A stretch of DNA of 64,000 nucleotides, from the NCBI RefSeq assembly GCF_028713855.1, contig NZ_JAQTNN010000016.1:215-64214 (forward strand). The letters run 5' to 3'. Shown piece by piece: positions 42,244-50,214 of the stretch. Under the pieces are notes generated by a model. That model had not been told where the DNA came from and ran no database searches. It saw only the letters and a list, made by a program, of their open reading frames with translations. The stretch's first letter is position 1. Each line of letters opens with the position of its first letter. Source of the stretch: Sulfuricurvum sp. Its GTDB lineage: Bacteria; Campylobacterota; Campylobacteria; Campylobacterales; Sulfurimonadaceae. A program made the translations under genes and the position numbers.

Positions 42244-42924
42244 ATGGCAATCGACGCATACGGCAACACATTAACATCCGCATCGGCAAATACCACAACA
42301 ACATCATCCACTGCGGTCAACCCTAACGGTATATTAGGAAAAGACGATTTTTTAAAGCTTCTCATGCTGGAGCTTAAATACCAAGATCCTACCTCTCCGA
42401 TGGACTCCGAAAAGATTTTGACCCAAACATCTCAGTTGGCGACACTAGAGTCGAGCGAAAACACGACAAAAGCACTCACAACACTCGCTACGGCACTCAC
42501 CGCATCCGCGCAATTCACCGGTATTTCCGCTATCGGGAAAATCGCCGATACAGGAAGCAATGCAGTTCTCGCCTCCAAAGGTTCAACAACCGACTTTGAG
42601 CTTTATTTTCCGGATAATGTGACTACCGGAAAAATCAATATTATGGATTCCAACGGTAAAATCCTCAAAACTATGGATATCGGAGCGACCGATGCAGGTG
42701 TCGCACAGTTTAGCTGGGATGGTACAAACAGCGCCGGTACAGCCTTAGACTCCGGCACATATTACGTCGAATCAACCTATAATAAGGCTGACGGCACTTC
42801 GGCTACAACACGTATCGGACGCTATCCGATCGAATCGATCAAATTTGACAGCGGTAAAACTTATGCCAAACTCGGATCAAGCTATATCGATTTCAGTACG
42901 ATCCATGAGATTACCAATAACTAA
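42244..42924 (+). CDS. flgD: Flagellar hook capping protein
   Basis: LGKDDFLKLLMLELKYQDPTSPMD, FSWDG. Confidence 0.95.
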   Translation: MAIDAYGNTLTSASANTTTTSSTAVNPNGILGKDDFLKLLMLELKYQDPTSPMDSEKILTQTSQLATLESSENTTKALTTLATALTASAQFTGISAIGKIADTGSNAVLASKGSTTDFELYFPDNVTTGKINIMDSNGKILKTMDIGATDAGVAQFSWDGTNSAGTALDSGTYYVESTYNKADGTSATTRIGRYPIESIKFDSGKTYAKLGSSYIDFSTIHEITNN

Positions 42925-42955
42925 GTTCTGCTGCTATTTATAAAAGGGAAACACT

Positions 42956-44290
42956 ATGACACAAGGGTACTATACGGCAATATCGGGTATACAAGCCAAC
43001 CAATACGGCATGGATGTTATTTCGGATAATTTAGCCAACGTATCGACAACGGCTTATAAAAGCTCAACAGCAGAGTTTGCCGATCTTTTTAGCAAAGCCA
43101 TCTCAAGCAGCAATACTCCAACGTCCAACGATATCGGCTATGGGGTAAAACTACAAGCCACAAGCTTTCAATTTACCCAAGGGACATTTATGCCCTCCGA
43201 TCGATTTAGCGATCTCGCACTCGAGGGGAACGGATGGTTTGGTGTCACTTCCAATGGAGAGAGTTCGTATACCCGAGACGGAAGTTTTTCGTTTGATACC
43301 TATCAAAAAACAAGCGGTGACGTCAACTCATCTACTAACCGGTTAGTGACGGCAGACGGACAATTCGTTACGGGTACGATGCTCAGTAATTTTGCCTACA
43401 ACCCATCATTTGATTACGGTGATCAAACGCTCAATGGAGCCGTCGGGGCTTATGTACTCAATAATCCGGCAAGTGATGTTGCCCTCTCCGACGTCGGCAG
43501 CCAAGGTGTGCTTGAGTTTCCAACACGCCTTGCTTATCCGGTTGTACCGACGACCCAAACGACTTTTGTCGGAAATCTGGGGGTTGTCGATGAAACACGC
43601 ACCATCAGTGCTAAAGTTATAAGCGCCAACAATGATGCCAATCAGCTCAAGCTGACTTTTACTAAAAGCGCGACTCAACCGACAAGCGGAATTGCTTGGG
43701 ATGTCGTCGCCACCGTGACGTCTAATGATGGCAGTATCGTATACGACACTCAAAATGGCCAAGCTACCTTCGGTGCATCCGGCGCTCTTGAAAATTTTAA
43801 TATCTCTTCCATGAACAACGACGGAACACCGGTTGCTGTAAATTTGGGGGCAGGATACAGCGGTGTAATCGCTATCGATGGAGTCGGGATTAGCGGATCA
43901 TCAACCTCCGATGGGGTCTCCGAAGGATCACTGACCAAATACGGTATCAATTCCAATGGGGTCATCATAGCCGATTTTTCCAACGGTCGCCAAAGTGCTA
44001 TCGGCCGTGTCGCGGTATACCATTTTCAAAATGATCAAGGTCTAAACCGCGAGGGGGGAACCTATTACACACAAAGTTCCGACAGTGGAAAACCTATTTT
44101 TTGGAGCGATGCCAATGGTAATACCATTACCGGAGCAACTGTCCGAAGTAATTATCTAGAGGGTTCTAACGCCGATGTATCGGTTGGACTAACCGATATG
44201 ATCGTCACACAGCGTGCCTATCAGGCCAATTCCAAAATAGTAACTACCGTGGATGAGATGATTCAAAAAGCTCTCTCAATGCATCGATAG
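42956..44290 (+). CDS. flgE: Flagellar hook/basal-body protein (short FlgE paralogue)
   Basis: ISDNLANVST, DLALEGNGWF, LEGSNADVSVGLTDMIVTQRAYQANSK. Confidence 0.8.
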   Translation: MTQGYYTAISGIQANQYGMDVISDNLANVSTTAYKSSTAEFADLFSKAISSSNTPTSNDIGYGVKLQATSFQFTQGTFMPSDRFSDLALEGNGWFGVTSNGESSYTRDGSFSFDTYQKTSGDVNSSTNRLVTADGQFVTGTMLSNFAYNPSFDYGDQTLNGAVGAYVLNNPASDVALSDVGSQGVLEFPTRLAYPVVPTTQTTFVGNLGVVDETRTISAKVISANNDANQLKLTFTKSATQPTSGIAWDVVATVTSNDGSIVYDTQNGQATFGASGALENFNISSMNNDGTPVAVNLGAGYSGVIAIDGVGISGSSTSDGVSEGSLTKYGINSNGVIIADFSNGRQSAIGRVAVYHFQNDQGLNREGGTYYTQSSDSGKPIFWSDANGNTITGATVRSNYLEGSNADVSVGLTDMIVTQRAYQANSKIVTTVDEMIQKALSMHR

Positions 44291-44294
44291 TTTT

Positions 44295-44311
44295 TGGAAT
44301 ATTTTTTGCTT
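44295..44311 (+). promoter_or_regulatory. Sigma54 promoter of the long flgE
   Basis: TGGAATATTTTTTGCTT, identical to 40662-40678. Confidence 0.8.
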
Positions 44312-44344
44312 ATAACTTTTACTTTGTCATAAAAAGGACAGCTC

Positions 44345-46234
44345 ATGTTGAAATCACTTTTTTCAGGCGTTACCGGATTGCAATCGCATCAAATCGCTAT
44401 GGACGTCGAATCCAACAACATTGCCAACGTTAATACGATCGGCTTTAAATACTCTCGTGCCAATTTTTCGGATTTGCTGGCACAGACCAATCAAATCGCA
44501 ACAGCTCCCCAAGGCTCACTGGGCGGTAAGAATGCGGTACAAATCGGATTAGGGACATCGGTAAATTCGATCACCCGTATCCATTCACAAGGTTCTATCC
44601 AAAATACCGATAAAAATACCGACGTCGCAATCCAAGGAGACGGATATTTTATTGTCTCTCCGGATGGGGGAAGTACCTATAAATACAGCCGATCCGGTGA
44701 CTTTAAATTTGATGCAGCCGGAAATTTTGTTGACAACAACGGATTTATCGTTCAAGGATGGGTACGTGACAAAGTAACCGGGCTTGTGGATTCTACCGCA
44801 CCTATCAGCAACATCACAATCCCTCCAGGACTCACCACTCCGGCAAATGCCAGTTCCGAAGTCGTTGTCAAAGCCAATTTGAGTGCAAGCACCACCATCA
44901 CTCAGTACAAACCGACTTATGAAACCGACACCGCAGGGGCATTTGTAAATACAAATGGATATCCTGTGGCTGCCGAAGACATGGGAGTCATGTTCAATGC
45001 CAGCGGTACCGCGTTTGCCCTCACTTCTGCCGCAGCCGGTCCTGGTGTAGGCGGAGACGGTATTTTCATCAGTACCGACGGCGGCGTGAACTACGCTGAA
45101 TTTCGTTATACCTCCAACAGTGCCGACGTTACCACTACCGGTACCGGTGCGGGCGGGGCGGCAACCTCTCCGCTTCAAAGTGACGGCTTCACACCATCCA
45201 ACAACAGAAACGTCTACTATTTCAACACGACCGAAGACCTTCGTGCCGCTGTTGCCAACTGGACATCAACCAATGCTCTTAATCCTGGGCGTTCTGCCGG
45301 TTCGACCGTAAACTACAATCCACAAGGAAAACTGCTTATTTCTAACAGTGCGGGGGCGAGTGACCTGAGTATCAACGTAGCCGGAATCACTGATGTCAAT
45401 ACCGTTAAAAACGAAACCTTTACCTCCAACTTTTTGACCCTTGCCGGTAATATAACGGCAGGTTCCGCTACGGCAAAACAATCACAAGCCGTCAATGCGG
45501 CTACCCACTCTGCAAGTATCGACGTGTATGATTCACTGGGAAGTAAACATACCCTTAAAGTCGATTTTAGAAAAGCAACCAGTAATTCGACCAGCGGAAC
45601 AACATGGAATTACACCGTTACTGTCCCGAAACCTGCGGATATCGGAGGGGTAGCCCCCTACCAAAACATCCTCAATCCGGCAGGGGCAATTACGTTTGAC
45701 TCTACCGGGGCATTGGCAGGGTACAACATTCCGGCAATCGACTTTACCGGAAACAACGGTTCCAAGCCAAACCAATCTATCAATCTGAATTTCGGTACGA
45801 TCAACGGATTTGACGGTATTACCAGTTTTGACAATCCATCTGCCACCAGTGGAATCAGTCAAGACGGTTATCCGGGCGGTGACCTAGAGGGTATTCGTAT
45901 CGATGCGAGCGGTACACTGATCGGTTCATTCTCAAACGGCCGTTCTTTCGGTCTTGCTCAAATCTCAATGGCAAAATTCTCGAACAATGAGGGTCTTACC
46001 AGCGACGGCGGAAACGTTTATCTCCAATCGGCAAACTCGGGTGATCCGATTATCGGTACAGCCGCTACTGCAGGACGTGGATATATGCAAGCATCCGCTC
46101 TTGAAGGCTCTAACGTCGATTTGTCCAAATCATTGACAAACCTTATCATTATTCAACGCGGCTATCAAGCCAATGCTAAAACCATTACCACTTCGGATAC
46201 CCTCCTCGAAACTCTTCTGGGCATCAAACGTTAA
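44345..46234 (+). CDS. flgE: Flagellar hook protein FlgE (long)
   Basis: SNNIANVNTIGFK, DVAIQGDGYF, LEGSNVDLSKSLTNLIIIQRGYQANAK, 629 aa. Confidence 0.93.
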   Translation: MLKSLFSGVTGLQSHQIAMDVESNNIANVNTIGFKYSRANFSDLLAQTNQIATAPQGSLGGKNAVQIGLGTSVNSITRIHSQGSIQNTDKNTDVAIQGDGYFIVSPDGGSTYKYSRSGDFKFDAAGNFVDNNGFIVQGWVRDKVTGLVDSTAPISNITIPPGLTTPANASSEVVVKANLSASTTITQYKPTYETDTAGAFVNTNGYPVAAEDMGVMFNASGTAFALTSAAAGPGVGGDGIFISTDGGVNYAEFRYTSNSADVTTTGTGAGGAATSPLQSDGFTPSNNRNVYYFNTTEDLRAAVANWTSTNALNPGRSAGSTVNYNPQGKLLISNSAGASDLSINVAGITDVNTVKNETFTSNFLTLAGNITAGSATAKQSQAVNAATHSASIDVYDSLGSKHTLKVDFRKATSNSTSGTTWNYTVTVPKPADIGGVAPYQNILNPAGAITFDSTGALAGYNIPAIDFTGNNGSKPNQSINLNFGTINGFDGITSFDNPSATSGISQDGYPGGDLEGIRIDASGTLIGSFSNGRSFGLAQISMAKFSNNEGLTSDGGNVYLQSANSGDPIIGTAATAGRGYMQASALEGSNVDLSKSLTNLIIIQRGYQANAKTITTSDTLLETLLGIKR

Positions 46235-46256
46235 CGCTAATGCGTTAGCGGCTTTG

Positions 46257-46433
46257 TTATAACTTTGTTTGTTTAATATTTAATAGGAAGAAGTAGATAG
46301 ACCCGGCAGTGAAGAAGCTGCCGGACTTTGAAACTTAAGGAGTGAGTGATGAAAACACCCTTGACTTGCTGCTGTCAATTGGGATTTAAGTATTATGAAA
46401 CAAATTAGTAAACAAACAGTAATAAGGTTATAA
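46257..46433. ncRNA. Candidate structured RNA or sORF-bearing element downstream of flgE
   Basis: Nested terminal inverted repeats (7 bp and 10 bp), hairpin ccggcag/ctgccgg 46303-46324, extended -10 at 46255-46263. Confidence 0.4.
46349..46408 (+). CDS. Candidate 19-aa peptide MKTPLTCCCQLGFKYYETN
   Basis: AAGGAG 6 nt before ATG; below the ORF-track cutoff. Confidence 0.35.
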   Translation: MKTPLTCCCQLGFKYYETN

Positions 46434-46440
46434 TTTCGTT

Positions 46441-46953
46441 ATGAGATGGCGAACCCTAAAAAAACAAAAACAGCACCAACCACCAACCCCTAAATCCAAA
46501 AAAATAATCTATGCCCCCTTTTGGCCTCGTGTCGCAGGATTTGCTACCGATATTTTTATGATCGGTTTACCGATATCGCTTATAACTATGATGCTATTCG
46601 GATACGATCAGATGCACACGGCAACCGCCATAGATGTGATTGTTCACAGCGATAAAGCACAGTTAAATCCCCCTAATCCTATAGCCTCTATCACCCAAAT
46701 AACCCTTTTTCTTATCACCTATGTCTGGTTATGGCATCGAGACGGCCAAACGCCGGGGAAAAAACTTGCCCATATCCGAGTGATCGATGCAACGACGCTA
46801 GAGAATGCTCCGTATTGGAAACTCTCCCTACGTTTTGTCGGTTATTTTATCTCCTTGATTAGTGTAATCGGTTTCTTTATCGGTTTACTCCGCAAGGATA
46901 AGCGTTCACTCCATGATCTCCTCAGCGGTACGGCTGTAATCCGCGTCTCTTAA
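46441..46953 (+). CDS. RDD family membrane protein
   Basis: APFWPRVAGFATD, GQTPGKKLAHIRVI, RSLHDLLSGTAV. Confidence 0.92.
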   Translation: MRWRTLKKQKQHQPPTPKSKKIIYAPFWPRVAGFATDIFMIGLPISLITMMLFGYDQMHTATAIDVIVHSDKAQLNPPNPIASITQITLFLITYVWLWHRDGQTPGKKLAHIRVIDATTLENAPYWKLSLRFVGYFISLISVIGFFIGLLRKDKRSLHDLLSGTAVIRVS

Positions 46954-46954
46954 T

Positions 46955-48055
46955 ATGCCGGTTTTAATCGCCTCGTTCTATTTTTTCTATTTTGCTCTGA
47001 TCGGGGTACACGTTATTTTTGTCCCAAAAATTCTCGCGATGGTGGGGTATGACCCGCTTCATATCGGGATTATACTCGCCTCCGCGCCATTGGTTCGTTT
47101 TGCGATGCCGTTTCTCTTTTTACAAGGTTTTCGGCTGGGTCAACAAACTTTTTTTACCTCTTTGGCTTTAATGCTGCTTGGAGCAGCAGGTTTCTACCCT
47201 TCACTAACCCATTTTTATCCTTTGCTTGGGGCGAATATCCTTTTTGGAATCGGAATTTCCCTTATTCTCCCTTATATTGAAGTCATCGCACTGGAACATA
47301 TTGGAAAAGAGCGTTACGGGCGAATCCGCCTCTTTGGCTCATTCGGGTTCATCGCCGTTGCCTTGGTGCTGGTCAAATTTCTCACCACCCCCTATGTCGG
47401 GATCGATTTTTTAATCGCAATGGCATTACTCACACTGGCCTTCGGAGCACTGATCGGTATGAAACAATCACATACCCCCTCTTCAGAATGCTCATCACAA
47501 GATGAAGCATGCCGATTTTCGATTGTGAAATACATCCCTCTTTGGATCGGATTTTTCCTAATGCAGGTGAGTTTCGGCCCTTTTTATAACTTCTTTACCA
47601 TCTATGCCACCGATCACGGCGTATCGTTGGACACGACGGTGTGGCTGTGGAGTTTCGGCGTTATTGCAGAAATCGCAATGTTTTATTTTCAAGGGCCGCT
47701 CCTTCGCGGCAATTTAGGACGAATCCTTCAGCTTACGGCATTGGTTACCGCATTGCGCTGGCTTATCGTTGCCCTTTTCCCCGATTCTACATTTCTCTTA
47801 TTTGCTTCCCAGAGTCTTCATGCCTTTAGTTTTGCTCTGTTTCACTCTGCGGCGATTGGAATGCTTTTTCATCTCCATAAAGCGCGTCGCCTTGCGCAAC
47901 AGTTTTTCTTCGGTATTTCATACGGTTTGGGAGGGTTTATAGGGGCAGTCGGGGCAGGGGCGCTCTATCAGTACACCCCTTCGTTATTATTTGTAGGAGG
48001 GGCGATAGCCGCATTGGGTGCCACTATCGCCTTTAGTGTTAATAATCGATCATAA
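46955..48055 (+). CDS. MFS transporter (HcaT/maltose-permease-like)
   Basis: About 12 TMs, ERYGRIRLFGSFGF, GVIAEI, QSLHAFSFALFH. Confidence 0.88.
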   Translation: MPVLIASFYFFYFALIGVHVIFVPKILAMVGYDPLHIGIILASAPLVRFAMPFLFLQGFRLGQQTFFTSLALMLLGAAGFYPSLTHFYPLLGANILFGIGISLILPYIEVIALEHIGKERYGRIRLFGSFGFIAVALVLVKFLTTPYVGIDFLIAMALLTLAFGALIGMKQSHTPSSECSSQDEACRFSIVKYIPLWIGFFLMQVSFGPFYNFFTIYATDHGVSLDTTVWLWSFGVIAEIAMFYFQGPLLRGNLGRILQLTALVTALRWLIVALFPDSTFLLFASQSLHAFSFALFHSAAIGMLFHLHKARRLAQQFFFGISYGLGGFIGAVGAGALYQYTPSLLFVGGAIAALGATIAFSVNNRS

Positions 48056-48895
48056 CTCCTCTTTTCGAACATGCAGTGCCATTTGAGGAAACGGGATGGA
48101 GAGTTTGTGTTTATCAAATTCTAGTTTTACCGCTTCGATGATCTCAAACGTCACATCTGCATAAGCATCCACTGCAACCCACGGGCGTGCAAAAATCTGC
48201 ACCGAATTTTGTGCTAATGCCCCTATGGCAACCACAGGAGCAGGTTCTAAAAGAACCTTCTCATTAGCAAGGAGAACATTCATAATGACCTCTTTTGCGA
48301 GCTTCAAATCATCTTTGTAGTCAATATCAAAAACCATATCGATACGGCGTGTCTCATTCCCCGTGTTATTAATAATATTACCTGAGATAAGGGCACCGTT
48401 AGGGATAATAATAGAGCGGTTATCCGGCGTTGTAAGCGTTGTCGAAAAAAGATTAATAGATTTCACCGTCCCCATCACCCCTGAGGCCTCGATAGCATCC
48501 CCCACTTTAAATGGGCGAAAAAAGATAATCAACACTGCCGCTCCGACATTGGAAAGGGTATCTTTGAGCGCTAAACCAACCGCCAATCCGGCTGCACCGA
48601 AGACCGCAACAAAAGAGGTCGTTTCCACACCCAAATTGCTAATAGCGGCGATAACAATGACTACGATCAATGCCACATAGGTCGCATTGGCGGCAAAAGA
48701 GACCAAAGTAGGATCAACATGCGTTTTTTGCATCCCTTTTTTAATCAGGGAAACTATTTGTCCGGCGATCCATTTGCCGATTAAAAAAATGAGAATAGAG
48801 CCTACAATCTTGATGCCGTATTCTGTCCCGTATTGATAGGCTAAGTCCGTGTAATGCTCAACTTTATCTCCGTAATGTTCAATCTTTTGCAACAT
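48050..48895 (-). CDS. mscS: Small-conductance mechanosensitive channel
   Basis: GAAGLAVGLALKDTLSN, RPFKVGD, IIIPNG, IPFPQ. Confidence 0.92.
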   Translation of the reverse strand: MLQKIEHYGDKVEHYTDLAYQYGTEYGIKIVGSILIFLIGKWIAGQIVSLIKKGMQKTHVDPTLVSFAANATYVALIVVIVIAAISNLGVETTSFVAVFGAAGLAVGLALKDTLSNVGAAVLIIFFRPFKVGDAIEASGVMGTVKSINLFSTTLTTPDNRSIIIPNGALISGNIINNTGNETRRIDMVFDIDYKDDLKLAKEVIMNVLLANEKVLLEPAPVVAIGALAQNSVQIFARPWVAVDAYADVTFEIIEAVKLEFDKHKLSIPFPQMALHVRKEEL

Positions 48896-48904
48896 GGTAT
48901 TTCC

Positions 48905-49546
48905 TTAACGGTATTCGATAATTTGTTTCACATCAAGCCGTTTTTGAGGGCTTTGCGGATTTACACGGTATCCAAATGCGCATAGAACAGCCACACTATG
49001 ACCGTATTCGAGATCCAAAATGGCTTCAACCTCCTCTTTATCAAACCCCTCGATCGGACAGCTGTCGATCTCTAGAGTCGCCGCATAGGTCATCATGTTT
49101 GCCAAGGCAATATAACACTGTTTCGCCGTCCAGTTTTCCAACAGCACCTCATCGCATTCGATCGGTTCCAGATAGTTTTTATAAACTCCCATATAAGTAT
49201 CGACGGCATCAGATGGAAGTCCTCGACGCTCAAACATTTTACGAACATACGGTGTGCCGCTTCGTACAGTGTCATTATCGGTAGTGAGTATCACCAGTTC
49301 TGAACAATCCGTAATCTGGTTTTGATTCCAGCACGCACTTTTGAGTGCTTTACGCAAAGCAGGCTTTCGCACCACGATCAGCCGCCATGGCTCCATCCCG
49401 AATGAGGAAGGAGACGTCCGAGCCACCTCCAAAATCTGCTCAAACTGCTCTGCGGGAATCTGTTTTTCGGTATCGAATGCTTTACAGGCGTGACGAAACG
49501 CCATAGCTTTTAAAAATTCAGACATGCTGTGCCTTTGTGTGTTCAA
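48905..49546 (-). CDS. NAD(P)H nitroreductase family protein
   Basis: FRHACKAFD, SPSSFGMEPW, IDSCPIEGF, AFGYR. Confidence 0.92.
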   Translation of the reverse strand: MNTQRHSMSEFLKAMAFRHACKAFDTEKQIPAEQFEQILEVARTSPSSFGMEPWRLIVVRKPALRKALKSACWNQNQITDCSELVILTTDNDTVRSGTPYVRKMFERRGLPSDAVDTYMGVYKNYLEPIECDEVLLENWTAKQCYIALANMMTYAATLEIDSCPIEGFDKEEVEAILDLEYGHSVAVLCAFGYRVNPQSPQKRLDVKQIIEYR

Positions 49547-49880
49547 TTATTTGTACCATTTTAACGTAGAGTTGTTTATGAGGGGTAATAAGATTTTCTA
49601 AAAGTGGGCAATATTTGAGATAATTTTTCCATGCTTTTTCCGAAGCTTCTTGCCGTCCCCGCTTGATGAGTTCAAAACAAACCGCCGCATTGATAAACCC
49701 TTTCCATAACAGCACTTCATCATCCTTCTCAAAACGACGGGGATACCATAAATGCTCTAAATCATTATGCGCGTCATAATAACGACCTTCTGAAAGAGAC
49801 CGTTCGTAAGCCTCAAACGCTATTGTTATACCCGTAGATTCTTGCGCCAATACCCTCGCCCTCCCCGTAAACTGATACAC
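49518..49880 (-). CDS. DUF309 domain protein
   Basis: YYDAHNDLEHLW, KGFINAAV; true start may be TTG at 49850. Confidence 0.75.
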   Translation of the reverse strand: MYQFTGRARVLAQESTGITIAFEAYERSLSEGRYYDAHNDLEHLWYPRRFEKDDEVLLWKGFINAAVCFELIKRGRQEASEKAWKNYLKYCPLLENLITPHKQLYVKMVQIIEHTKAQHV

Positions 49881-50134
49881 ACATGATTCGGAAATTTGGT
49901 TCGAAATTCGTTTAGCCGTTCTTTGGACGATTTACCGGTATCGCAATAGAAAACAAATACACTCCCATCAGGCTCGTTTTTTAAAAGCGGAGGAGCATAC
50001 AATGTGGTTTCGATTCCATCGATCGGATTGAGGATCGTATCGATCAACACAACCCGAATTCCTTGTGCTTCTAATGAGCGTTTATTCCGTAAAAACTCTT
50101 CCTGCGTCCATTCATCGACATTTAGATCGATCAT
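49826..50134 (-). CDS. Minimal rhodanese-like domain protein
   Basis: VFVFYCDTGKSS loop and SLRGGRGYW motif. Confidence 0.6.
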   Translation of the reverse strand: MIDLNVDEWTQEEFLRNKRSLEAQGIRVVLIDTILNPIDGIETTLYAPPLLKNEPDGSVFVFYCDTGKSSKERLNEFRTKFPNHVCISLRGGRGYWRKNLRV

Positions 50135-50214
50135 CGATTCTTCCCGTTATATTATTTTATGAGAGTTTATCAAAGCTATAAATGCTTTAGCCTTAGGATT
50201 TATAACTGGCTGTT

